From assembly GCA_032718475.1 (NCBI GenBank), contig JAUCBJ010003340.1, positions 6,733-70,732 on the forward strand: DNA of 64,000 bases, written 5' to 3'. Below are positions 24,908 to 36,689 of the stretch, piece by piece. The first letter of the stretch is position 1, and each line of letters begins with the position of its first letter. This stretch comes from Nemertoderma westbladi (Eukaryota; Animalia; Xenacoelomorpha). The position numbers were made by a program, and so were the translations under genes. The notes below the pieces were generated by a model. The model did no database searches and was not told the DNA's origin. It saw nothing but the letters and a program-made list of their open reading frames with translations.

Positions 24908-25143
24908 AGCGGGGTAGCTCAGTTGGTTGAGCGCCGGGCCTGCAATCTAATGGTTGTAGGTTCAGCCCCGCCAGGGTCCACTCAGCCTTTCATCAATTGG
25001 GGTCGATAAAATGAGTACCAGTTAAATAACTGGGAGCAAATCATGGGATAGGTGTAGCGCCCACCCCTACCCTCGGGTAGCAGCTATCGAAAGATGAGCC
25101 ATCGGGTCGCCTCCGGCTTCGGCCGACTGTTTGCTTTTGCTTG
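24908..25143 (+). mobile_element. tRNA-derived SINE with conserved central domain
   Basis: A box tagctcagttgg, B-box-like ggttcagccc; core actcagcctttcatc...ggtcgataaaatgagtaccag resembles Meta/Deu-type SINE domains; (ttgc)n tail; flanking repeat ctagtgaaat. Confidence 0.85.
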
Positions 25144-25914
25144 CTAGTGAAATAATTTTTCATGCACAAACGCTATTGCCAATTTATTTATTTATTGTCA
25201 TTACTATCCCGGTGGTAGCTCTCTCTTGGCTTTTACCCGTATCAACTATGCAGCCCTTTTCTTTATTCTCCCAGCAGAATCCTGGCTGGGATGACAACAA
25301 AAATTTAGAAGTTGACAAATTTGTTAAATGATGGCGAAATTAATCTACAGTACATTATAACAAAACCTTATTAAATTAATACTAAATAAATTCGTTTACT
25401 ACATAAACGAATAATGTATTCTGCACATTATTTTGTAGATTGCGCTACAGTTATTATCAACCTCCTTCCTTCGGCGAATTTATTCTTCGTTATAGATATA
25501 ATTAATTGCTTCATAGAAGCATCACCGTATCATCAGTTCATGTTGGGTATCCCACAGAGTAATAACACTACCGTTACTGAAGGGAAGGGATTAGAGTCAA
25601 CATTACGGATACAGTAGTTCAACAACCGTAAAACAATGATGACGAAATTACAGATGTAAATTATTGCTGGATACAGTTATGCAAAAAAACAGCATGCCAT
25701 CCATACACACATACACCATATACACATACATCATACTGTAATTATATAGCTGCTTTAAATTGAGATTGCATTAATTACTTAGTATTTATACCTGCTTCTT
25801 AATAGTTGTATCTGGTGACGGGCATCATTGTTTCGGTAGTTGGGGCAGATTTTGTGGTCTGACTTAGTGGTTTCATGACATTACTATATTAGATAATAGT
25901 AGTAGATATAATAA

Positions 25915-26608
25915 CAAGGGCGTACCGGTGTGGTTACCCCCCCCCAATATAAAATCCCGTATTATTCCATACACTAGCTGGGGTCGCGTGGGTCAGTCGT
26001 CCCATCTTACCCAAGCAGTGACCAGGTGGGGCGGGGGGGGGGGGGGGTGGGTATCATTGTAGCCTCCTTAAGGGCCTCCAAACAGGTGTAATATCAATGC
26101 TAATAATTTCAGGGAATTAAAAAAACTCGCTCACAACGCTAACCACATGTCTAATATTTTTTATCATTCTACTAATTTCCCCACCGCTATAAGATTCTGC
26201 TTCTATACTGAATTGGGACTAACATACGAGTAACGAGTCCGTGGCGATCGGTGTCTGGCTTATCTCTACCAGGGATGGGGGGGGGGGGGGTATTCTCCTA
26301 ACGCAAACAAAATGGAATTCTCCCATAGGGAAAAATACATGAAAAAAAACAGCCAATTACCAGCAAAAGTGAAAATGTAACAAATGATACATATTGACCT
26401 AATTAATTGTTTTGTTAGAATAACGCACCAATGTAACTTGCTCCTTTTCCTTAATTGCTTATTAACATTGTTCATTTGACGGGACGAGATTAATTCAGTG
26501 AGATTGGATTTGCGTTGATTTACAAACTGTAGTTACGGATGATATCACATGATAAATTATTTTTCATATATTTACCACACCTATAAGAAACTCCTTCGTA
26601 CGGCCCTG
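25915..26608. mobile_element. Possible degenerate hAT MITE
   Basis: caagggcgtac / gtacggccctg ends; atataata on both flanks (1-nt offset). Confidence 0.45.
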
Positions 26609-27113
26609 ATATAATATAATAGGTGGTGGTACTGATGTGGTTTGATTTTGTTTTTTGTCGGTCGACCTATTAGGTATATTTTTTATATTGTTATTGTTAA
26701 TATTTGATATAAAAAAAAGGAAAAAATTCAAAAGATTTGCTTGAGCAACCCCTATGCGAATCATCATGTCAATGCCCTCCTGGTTACCATGCCTAATTCT
26801 TGTCCTGTGCGAAACTGTAAACATCGACCACTCCTACTGGAAGAAGCCAAATTAATGGAGGATAATCTTCAGTACGCCTTTATTATTTACTCAAGCTGCA
26901 GAGAATCTACGCTGGGAATAAGAAGTAGGCGTGGTGAATTGTTTCTCAATCTTCCAATCCTATTAGTGAGACATAGTGCTGATGTGATTGTATAGCAAAT
27001 TGATGGAGAAACGCTACTAACGACAGTAACAAACTTGCAGGGATATCTTGGAATGTTGACTCTTACTTGTAATTTAAAGAGTATTGTCGAGTAAACACGA
27101 CGCCTACGCCTAC

Positions 27114-27329
27114 GGCTACATACCTAAACCTACTATACTTGTAGGCAGGTTATTAAAGGAGCAGTTAACAGAGGCGGGTTGACCCAAAACAATAAACGAG
27201 TAAGGAATATTGTGTAAAACCCCATTTAATTAGAATCAACAGCCTTAGAATCAATTGTCAGATGTATAGACCGACCGGCTTACGGTACATGTATGTGTAG
27301 GCGTAGGTGTAGGAGGTATATGTGTAGCC
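27114..27329. mobile_element. Small inverted-repeat element containing one 68-bp-satellite-like monomer
   Basis: ggctacatacct / aggtatatgtgtagcc ends; internal aaaggagcagttaacagaggcggg..ccaaaacaataaacga. Confidence 0.5.
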
Positions 27330-28817
27330 TTTACTTTATTTTATCGAAACATTCAAAACTGATGCCTTAATCTTCGTAACTAACTTAAACCTAAAATTAG
27401 CTTAAGCCTTAAAATTGTAACTAATATTTCTGGTGCTGTGTTGTACATACAGTATATAATGAAGGCCTATATACTGTATAGTGCATTATCTCACATGTCA
27501 GGTTCGTTTTTTATTGGTTTGTGTTATTTTTAGCAAATTCCACTTCTGTAACAGGCTCCTTTCCTTCTTTTGTTTGCCACAGGCATAGGGACCTCATAAC
27601 TTTTATACGAATCTTAATGAGATTACATGTAATTTGTACATCTATATTGATTTAAAACAAGTCCCGGTTCTGTCAAATCATCTACAACCCAATGGTTGTT
27701 TGATAATTTATTATACTTCTTTTGATATTTAAGAAGTTTTACCAAAAAATAGCCCATGTAAAGTATACCAGGTTTTTACTGTTTGGTAGATGCTGTAGGC
27801 TATATATTAAAATATTATATTAACAATAAATATTTCATAGGCAATTTTTCATCAAAATCATTACGAAATATTACAATTTTGGAATTCTAAATAATATTTG
27901 TTGAAAAATATTTTAGATTTAACTCATCCTCGTATCATTTATTTGTATTCACTCACTCCGTTCGTCCGTGTATCAAACCATCGGATCGACACACTGTAAA
28001 GTGCTACTAGACGCTTATTAACCAAATGTCATTTACAGCAACGCCATAAACTTATTGGCATATGAAATTAACATCCCATTAACGGAGCAAATTAACAATA
28101 AAATAGTTGTTAAAATCGTGATTTCTTGACATTTCTCGATTTCCTGTAGATTTCCCAAGATAATCATTAATAATTCATTACCGGTTAAAGAATGAATATC
28201 AGAATACCTCATCCGCCACCGCCATCATGTAGTGATGATAAGAGAATGTAATAGAGAGTGATATATGTCGCATTGAGCACGGCAAGCATTATGACGTCAT
28301 CATAACAAGCATATAAAGAGTACCCGTACCTAAGTAATAAGAAAGTAATACCAACCTTATTACCCAGAGTGCACCTCCAAATCTAGCAGGAAGGCGACCT
28401 TACTTTATACATCAAACAGTTGGTTGGTTTTGAAACGAACACGGTTTCCTGCAATGCAGCGTTTCAGCAGCTCTGTCCTCCAACATTGGTGCCCATTGCC
28501 TCACATTTAATGAATCCCCCCACCCCCCACCTACCCCAAGAGAATAGCGCTGTATGCATGTGGAAGCTTGGACTACAGGCCACTAGTAATAGAGCCAAGC
28601 AACTGCGAATCAGGGGGCCGTTTCAAAGACAGGATGATAGCTAGCTTTATGGTCCCGGTTGCTATTATTTTACCATGAGTAAAATAAGTTATGATTCCAT
28701 ATATGATTCGAACACATTTTTTCGCGATTGCAGCAAAATCCTTAAACCTTGTTATTTAATAAATTCCGGTACCGTAATATAAAACCACTCGCTGATAAAA
28801 TTTTTGTTCGTGGAACA

Positions 28818-28851
28818 ATGCCTCGAGTAGAAGAAATATTTAACGATGAAG
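28818..28851 (+). CDS. First coding exon of an EF-hand calcium-binding protein (MPRVEEIFNDE)
   Basis: acaATG start, strong donor G|gtaagt, phase 1 matches the exon at 32985. Confidence 0.65.
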
Positions 28852-29913
28852 GTAAGTGATTCGATTTCTCTCATTTAAATTTTGTAATACCAGCAACTAA
28901 AGTACATACTCGCGCAAAAATAATGTCTCTTTTCCACTAAATTAGTGAGTGTTAAAGAGGTTAGCTGATAGCACACTAGGCCTCTATCCCAGACGGTCGA
29001 GCGATGGACTTGGCATTATTCGTTGTGTTTTTGAGACCCAACTCTGGTGCGATATTTATTGAAGGGAATGAAGTTACTTTGATTTATTGTTTGCTGTAAT
29101 ATAAGCTACTGTATGTATATAATCACTTATATTGTTTTTGTTCTAAGATTCGGGTAAACTGCACATTTCATCTTTAGACATGATTTGTAATAAAAATTGT
29201 ACACCTTGTCTGAAAGATATTTAAAAACATTGTAACTATAACAAACAATTGTTTACTTTCCATCCAATAGGTAGGTTCTAGAGAGTGTGCTTAAAAGGTT
29301 GTTTTTCAGATTTCATTAAAAATTCCATTAAATTTCAAACTCATTTGTTTTTTGAGAATACGTGTTAATCTCAATTGACTACACTGAGACAGAATATGTT
29401 AATTTTGATCATTCAAAAAAGATATTTAAACAGCGTCAGTGGATTCGTAATCCTGTGAGTGGATAACCATTTAATTTTAAATACACTTTATGTATTTTAC
29501 ATGTATTTCTCACTTTATGTCCTTTTCATAGTTTACTTTTTTAAATTTGTCATATATTTTAGTCGAAGAATAACCGATGATCGAAATATGACATCTTTGC
29601 CCGCTCCTGTTGATAATAATATGTGATCAAGCGTACGCTACATTCCCAAATTTTTTTTACCAAATGTTGACATTTTATTGATTTTATATGATTCATTGAT
29701 TGATTGCATTATATTATTAACATATTTTTCGTTCTATTAAGATTAGCTGAATAGTCAATTAATATTTATTCAATTTAATTGATTTAATTACGAAATGTCA
29801 GTAAATTTGTTATAAATATTTTGCCTTTACATGCTCCTATGGAACAGCTTTACAGTATGCATGAATTTAAAATATTAATAATAAGTGAATTGTTGTGGGG
29901 TGAGTGACGCAAG

Positions 29914-30053
29914 CTCCAAAGCGAAATATTCATCCGGCCTGGTAGCTCAGTACACTCACCCGGCTGATGATAACCAGAAGTTTGAAACCTAGGTACCGGG
30001 TTCGAGCCCCAATAGGGCCGGTTGATATTTTTCGCTATGGAGAGCATTATCAT
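29914..30053 (+). ncRNA. tRNA-like Pol III element with internal minimal type I hammerhead ribozyme (family A)
   Basis: tagctcagt (A-box-like); acccgg-CTGATGA-taaccagaagttt-GAAA-cctagg-TA-ccgggt (29958-30001); B box ggttcgagccc; outer stem 29914-29940 / 30015-30042. Confidence 0.82.
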
Positions 30054-30924
30054 ATTGTCTTATTTACATTGTATAATTAAAAATATTAAACAATAGCACC
30101 AAAAAAATACAAAACTCCTGATCTTCTAATAATATTCCATTGGTTCAATCATTCATTTACTGCTGCCTGTCCCTCCACAAAAATATGTTTGGTAGTCAGG
30201 TAGGACAATATTTGACATTAAAAGAATTCATCAGATGTTGACTTACTATATCTTTGTTGATAAGATGACAACACGAGTTAACCTACAGGCAGGTTACAGC
30301 TTTAACTATGTCTGATACACAGTAAAATATTGATTCACACAGGTTTTCTCATAAGCAAGTGGAATACAGCCCGCTGGCTGACTGCCGTCACAATGTCCAC
30401 CAGTGACGCAAATAGCAACACTTTCCTGAATGGTAAATCTATTATTCATATTTGGTTAGCCGGAATGACTGGATTAGTACTGTTCAAATAAATGGGGCGT
30501 ATAAGGATGTTACCATCGGTTCTCGCGTCCATAACTCTCTGTGACCATATTTTAAACCACTGTGACATCGGTGATATAGCAAGAATGACCTTAAAACCGG
30601 GAGATTATAATATTATAAACCGCTGATAAAGTTAAAATAGAAAGAAGCACGGAGATTACAAATTAATGCACGGAATTCTCACAACCGCGTGAATGGTACA
30701 GTAGCTCTTTCCTGAGATACATACACTGCTACAGAGCAAATAGTTAAATAGGTCCATTTCCTGGGAAAGCCCCAAATAATAGTTGCATTTGCTTTAGATT
30801 AGCAGCGGCTAAATAGGTTATTATCTTTCTAAAATTGGCTAACTGTATTGCATGCGGTAAATGCTGCATTAGAGAATATTATGCCGGGTTATCCTTTATC
30901 AACAGAATTGCAACACCGCAATGA

Positions 30925-31140
30925 CGCAGGCGCAATACGAGATCCTATCACCCATGACTTTCACGAGATTATCGGTATATTTAAGAGTAGGCCTAGTGTT
31001 CTTTCTTTAAGAGACGTTTCCTGAAATCATGGAATGTCCACCATGGTTACTCTCTCTATATGGCCGTCAAAATACGAGATCCGAGCTGGTCTTCAAGGTG
31101 ATAAGCAATGTACTGCAAAGTGGAGGCGCGAGGTCTGATG
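30925..31140 (-). mobile_element. Highly degenerate RTE-2 3' fragment
   Basis: cctatcacccatgac and aagcaatgtactgcaaagtggaggcg match the copies at 15670/15795 and 54590. Confidence 0.6.
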
Positions 31141-32984
31141 AGCCAAAATATTGGGCTACTAATGAAAACATCCACTTCTGTGTAAGGCTTGGTTGGATAT
31201 ATGTTCATTGTACTTATTTGGTACAATGAAAACAGCGTTGCATTCTTGTGTATGTTTTACATCGTCTAGAAATTTGGTATCTTCAGCAGTTCGAGCCCGG
31301 CATGGACTCCAATACAGAAGTATAATATAATTTTTTTAACTGTTTTATGTATTCATCATCCCAAGAAGCAGAAGTAATCCACGGAGGAGTATCAGTACAA
31401 GTACACCAACCTTAGAGCCTATGTTCATACAATCATACATTTCGTGAGGTCTATCGCAGTTAACTGTCAAAATGTTGGTCATCATGGTGTTAACAAAAAA
31501 TCTAACACTAGAAGCAACATGTTCAAATTTGTTGATGAGCCGTTGGGCCTCCTCCAGTGATATTTTGAGAGTACTCCTAAGTCATCAGCATCAGCACTGT
31601 CTAAATCAGTTGGGTGATTGCCTGGATTTCGAGTCGCCTTCTGGATCAGAGGGTGGTGGCAACATCACGACAGTAGCAGTCTCTCACTGGGATCCTGATA
31701 CAATTCAAAATAATAAATACATTGCATATAGCCTTGCAGCAAACGATATTCCACGAAAAGACCCGAAGGGTGTTCTTCTTTGTGACTAGGCTTCGGTATT
31801 ATATAACAATCAGTTATTTTAATGACCTCAGGGGGTCGCCATGGCGTAATTTGTATTAATGCTCTTTGCAGCAGATTTGACTCCGCCTAGGTTCAAAGCA
31901 AGCAAAACTCGCTCACGTAAGATTAAACTCTGCCTGGGCAATGTGCATCCTAAGTTCAGTTGAGATCCAAGATTATCTTGTTTAAACTGATAAATTACAA
32001 GGTAATGAATGACACAAATGTATCTTCGAAATATAACACCAGCCAGCAGTATAAGCAATATAATTATTAAATGAAGTAAAATAGAATTTCATAAATTAGC
32101 TGGACAACAATTATTAGAGGATGCGGAATTGGCCATGGATAATATAATGACTTTCAAATTTAATGATTATCACAGCGACAAATGTCAAGGTTTGTTTGTT
32201 TTTCTTCAATCAGTTGCTTTGTGAACTCGGCAGATGAACTCACAACCAATCCCATCAATAATTCCAATAAGGTATCCATTAAAATGGGCGTTTCGAAATC
32301 TATTTTGAAAACATATTTACTGAATAAATTTCTACCGCTCTCATGGAGACTGGCGGTATTTTATACTCTATCAATCGGATTCCGTCAAACAAACAAGTCG
32401 ACTCGAAAGGACTGAAACAAAATTATGTATGAGCAGATTTCCCCCGATAAAATATACACTCTAGTGGGTAACTGGAGACGGGGAGAAAGACACACTCACA
32501 CTCAGACAAATTGTAAGAAAATTCGCGACAAATTTTCCTCATTGAATTATACTTTGGGTGCATCCGTATACCTGTTATAAATGCAGATAAGGGGGTGGGG
32601 ACTTCCGACGCATCAAAATACCCCCCCCCCCCCCCCGTCAATTCAAATATCAATTCAAATAACAGCTGATTACTCCAATAAATAGAAAACTTAACCTTTG
32701 CTATTGACTCTTATTTATTGTTTTTTGGTTAGAATAATGTGTATCCTACTCCTTTCTCTTAAATGATACGGTAATTTAACATTGAGAACATTATTTCACA
32801 AATCTGGGATATGCGTCAAGTCTCCCCCCCCCCCCCCCCCCCCTCCCTGTTTCTAAAATTGTGGATCTGGACACATTCTGGATTCCGTAAAATACTAGTG
32901 AATGTTATATAAGTTATATATAATATTTTATAATTTTTATAATTTAATAATTTATATTTTTTTTATCATAATTTTGTATTTCAG

Positions 32985-33167
32985 TTCTATCGAAAGTTTT
33001 CAACATGTTTGATAAAGACAGATCTGGTATGATCGATGGCAAGGAATTCCACAAGTTGATGAAAGAAGTTTTTAAGGATCAAATTGACCAAACGTTGGGA
33101 AAGAAGACAAAAAAGAAGGAATTGAAGCAAGCTTGTGAAGACTTATTAGTTAAATACGATAAAAATG
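32985..33167 (+). CDS. Internal exon of EF-hand calcium-binding protein
   Basis: ttttgtatttcag acceptor; encodes VLSKVFNMFDKDRSGMIDGKEFHKLMKEV...LLVKYDKN with canonical loop DKDRSGMIDGKE; donor G|gtgaga splits the second loop. Confidence 0.9.
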
Positions 33168-33423
33168 GTGAGAATTAATTATTATTGTGGTCAATTAATT
33201 GTCGCTGGGTAAAATAATGAAATTATTACTGTATATTATAGTTGTAACTAATAGATTAACAAATATGGAAGCCAATCACTAATAGTTTCCTCCGTTGATT
33301 ATCGTGGGTTAATCCACCTCTGGTTCATCAATAACAACACTCACCGGAGTGGTACAACAACAGTGTTCATTAAGTGTGAACGACCCACCAAGCTGTTCTT
33401 ATGTGTAATACTATTTTAATATA

Positions 33424-35287
33424 CAGGGTGTTCCACAAAATTTGACACGTTTTTGTTTTTTAATAACTTTGCGCGATCTCAACCTAATTTCCTAGTTTTG
33501 GTGGCAATTTGAAGCCAAAAGATAAACTTAAACTTTGGTTTGGGTATGGCATGTTTTAGTTGCTATGGAAACTTAATGTTGCTATATAAAACAAGAGTTT
33601 GATTATCCACTTAATTTTACTATAAATATAAAGGTATAAAACTGCACATATTAGTGATAATAATGAAACATATAGGTAGTGGGCTAAAATAGTTTAATAT
33701 TGGGTAAGTTTACAATGAGTTTACTACTACTTTATACTAATTTAATTTAATTAATTATAATAATTTACTACTAATACACTTCAATATGTCCTCCTCCAAT
33801 ATGCTGGACGTGATCCAGTCTTCTGCGCATCTCCTTGAAGCAATTAGCGAAGTAATCCTGGGACAATGAACTAAAGGCATCCCGAATTGCCGTCTTCAGT
33901 TCCTCAACATTTTGAAGATTCTGGGCGTACACTAGATTCTTCACATGCTCCCATAGACTAAAATCCAAGGGAGTCATGTCTGGTGATCGTGGCGGCCACT
34001 TTACAGGAGCATCTCGACCGATCCATCGTCCCTGAAAGTTTTCATTGAGAAACTCTCTTACCAATAAGCCCCAGTGGGGTGGTGCACCGTCTTGTTGGAA
34101 GATTGCCGTGGAGAGATTTGATAACTGGGGAACAAAGTAGTCCTTTAGCAAGTCTAGGTAAGAGAACCTGTTTACAGTAGAATGGGGGAAGAAATAGGGG
34201 CCAATTAGTTTGGTTTCGGACATCGCAGCCCACACTGTAACCTTTGGGGTATCCCTAAACTTTTCTACAATTTTATGAGGATTCTCCTTTCCCCAAATCC
34301 TACAATTCCATCTGTTTACTTGGCCGTTGATATGAAAAGTTGCCTCGTCGCTGAAGAACACGTTACTCAGGTCCTTATCATGGAGGTACTCTGCTATTTT
34401 AGAAGCGGCTTCTACTCGTGTTGAATAATCTGAGGATTGTAGTCCATGAACGACTTGGAGTTTGTAAGCTCTAAAGTGGAGATTCTTTGCAGTCCTATGC
34501 AAACATCCAAGACTAACATTTAGAGCCAATGATGCTCTACGTAATGAGGTTTCTGGGTGTGCGGTTAAATATTGGCCAATATTATTAACAACATTTTCAC
34601 TAAGGGGCAGTCTACCGGAACCTTTCTTACGCAAAAGCGTTTTTTCGTTTCGAAATTTAATGACAATCCTAGATATGTCTTTCCTTGTAGGTCGCCTTTC
34701 TCCAGGATATTTATGGGAATACTGTAGTGATACAAGTTTTGCAGATTTCAGCTCAAAAAACTTACTTATGATGAAAACTTTCTGATCTCCAGAAAACATA
34801 TTAGTTATTAAATTGACATCTAAATGTAACCAAAAAAGTTTATATGCTGTAATTATGTAGTGACTGTAGGCCTAACCATGAAGACATCAATAACAGTAGA
34901 CAACCAATATGCAACACATGTACCAATATGTAACAAATGCACAATTAAAACACACTTAAAGCTACAGATAGTGATGATGTTGTCTAGAATAAATAAATTT
35001 AGATTGTTACTATGACTTCACTAATACTTAATTTAGATCAATATTTAAAATTTGTCTTATATTCAACATCTCCCTCATAAATTATCTGAGAACATTTCAT
35101 ATTATTTTTCAGAATAAGTGTTAGTGTGAATAATGTATGTTACCATAGCAACTAAAATATTCCATACCCAAACCAAAGTTTAAGTTTATCTTTTGGCTTC
35201 AAATTGCCACCAAAATTAGGAAATTAGGTTGAGATCGCGCAAAGTTATTAAAAAACAAAAACGTGTCAAATTTTGTGGAACACCCTG
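33424..35287 (-). mobile_element. Full-length Tc1/mariner transposon, DD41D (rosa/Visitor) type
   Basis: ~150-bp near-identical TIRs starting cagggtgttccacaaaatttgacacg; TA TSD; intact ORF. Confidence 0.95.
33771..34799 (-). CDS. DD41D transposase, 342 aa
   Basis: FSDEATF, FQQDGAPPH, WPPRSPDMTPLDF; 41 residues between the second and third Asp. Confidence 0.95.
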   Translation of the reverse strand: MFSGDQKVFIISKFFELKSAKLVSLQYSHKYPGERRPTRKDISRIVIKFRNEKTLLRKKGSGRLPLSENVVNNIGQYLTAHPETSLRRASLALNVSLGCLHRTAKNLHFRAYKLQVVHGLQSSDYSTRVEAASKIAEYLHDKDLSNVFFSDEATFHINGQVNRWNCRIWGKENPHKIVEKFRDTPKVTVWAAMSETKLIGPYFFPHSTVNRFSYLDLLKDYFVPQLSNLSTAIFQQDGAPPHWGLLVREFLNENFQGRWIGRDAPVKWPPRSPDMTPLDFSLWEHVKNLVYAQNLQNVEELKTAIRDAFSSLSQDYFANCFKEMRRRLDHVQHIGGGHIEVY

Positions 35288-35760
35288 TATATCTGTGGAA
35301 TGTGTATAATGAATTCGAAGTCATTGGTAAGTACTGTAGAAGAAGTACTGCTAGTGTCAACCCACTATAAGGGAAAAGGGAGAACGGATACTAGTCTAAA
35401 TTGTAGCTTACAAACGATACTATAAGTCCTGCCTTTGTTTGTTTTTTTTCCTGGGGAATCCAAAGGTTGTATGATTTAAACTGTATATATGAGTTATAGC
35501 ATTAATTATGTCCCAACCCATATGTCACATAACATCAGGATAATATGTATAGCAATAAAATTGGAGATGTTAATTGTATGATTAATTACATAGATATCAC
35601 ATGGTGATGTTAGGTGGATTAAAACCGTTTTAATTAATTATGTTAGAAAACAATAGAGAAGTATTTCCATTTAATTGAAATCCAATTGAGAGGAAGATTA
35701 ATGATTTATCTACATACTGGTGATTAAATACCCATTGCTTATAAATATTGTCTAACTACT

Positions 35761-36561
35761 ATGGGCAATAGGTTAAATAATTCAGCCAAATCTGAGTCAA
35801 ACAATGAAGCCAAATCTGAGTCAAACAATGAAGCCAAATCAGAGTCAAACAATGAAGCCAAATCAGAGTCAAATAATGAAGCCAAATTAGATTCAAATAA
35901 AGCAGCAAAATCACAGTCTAATATTTCAGTTAAATCAGACCCACCGAAATCATATGCAACCATCGTTATGCTAGGAAACGTAGATGTGGGTAAATCATCT
36001 TTAGTTCATCGATATAAATCCCATTTGAATTCGCAATTTTTACAACCAATAATAAGACCTCCTTTTGCGGTTGCTGGAGTTGATGGTACGTTATTAAAGT
36101 GGAATAATAAGACTATATACATTTTTAGTGAGCTGGGTATCGTCATCAAAAATGTAAAGATGTTGCAGCTATGCAATATAACTGACGCGCTGATTTGCAC
36201 TTACAATATAACTGATCATGAGACATTTAATGATGTTAGAAGTGAGATAATCACTTTTATCCATTCATTCAATATGAAAGACAACTGTTTGTATTTCGTT
36301 GTGGGAACGCATCTGGATCGGGAATCAGAGCGAAGAGTTACGTCGGAGGAGGGTCGGATTTTAGCGAAGAAGTTGAACCCTAACCACGTCAATTCCAATT
36401 TGTTCTTTTACGAAACAAGTTTAAAGAAAAACATCGGTATTACATGCATGTTCGAAAGATTACTGCATTCTATCTTCCCGGATACTGAAGAACTGCAGAT
36501 TAAACAAACTACCGTCTGCGCCGATGCTGATTCTATTGGAGTTTTTGAGATGATGTGGTAG
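35761..36561 (+). CDS. Atypical intronless Ras-superfamily (Rab-like) small GTPase, 266 aa
   Basis: P-loop GNVDVGKS, ICTYNITD..TF, VVGTHLD (G4), ETSLK (G5); N-terminal MG and (AKSESNNE)x4. Confidence 0.8.
   Translation: MGNRLNNSAKSESNNEAKSESNNEAKSESNNEAKSESNNEAKLDSNKAAKSQSNISVKSDPPKSYATIVMLGNVDVGKSSLVHRYKSHLNSQFLQPIIRPPFAVAGVDGTLLKWNNKTIYIFSELGIVIKNVKMLQLCNITDALICTYNITDHETFNDVRSEIITFIHSFNMKDNCLYFVVGTHLDRESERRVTSEEGRILAKKLNPNHVNSNLFFYETSLKKNIGITCMFERLLHSIFPDTEELQIKQTTVCADADSIGVFEMMW
35785..35904 (+). repeat. 24-bp coding minisatellite, 4 near-perfect copies plus 1 degenerate
   Basis: gccaaatc(t/a)gagtcaaa(c/t)aatgaa. Confidence 0.9.
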
Positions 36562-36689
36562 TTTTTTGCGAATTTGAGACAGTAGGTACTACAGTATCGG
36601 GATCAGAACATTGAACTCAAAGGTAACAAAAGATTCGCCTACCTGCTTGGTTCCGACCGGACCCAGACACTAGACACAAGTTATTCTCT

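Noticed and set aside
24908-24985. Functional tRNA-Cys(GCA) gene
   Set aside because: Anticodon and T stems pair poorly and it runs into a SINE body and tail
29560-29600. ccgatga-tc-gaaa hammerhead-like words
   Set aside because: No stem I or II and the core is mutated
29936-30019. Intron-containing tRNA gene
   Set aside because: No D-loop GG or anticodon helix; the insert matches a hammerhead consensus instead
31470-32420. GC-richer block, possibly a decayed piggyBac transposase N-terminus (VVMLPPPSDPEGD on -)
   Set aside because: Single weak motif, many stops, no TIRs found
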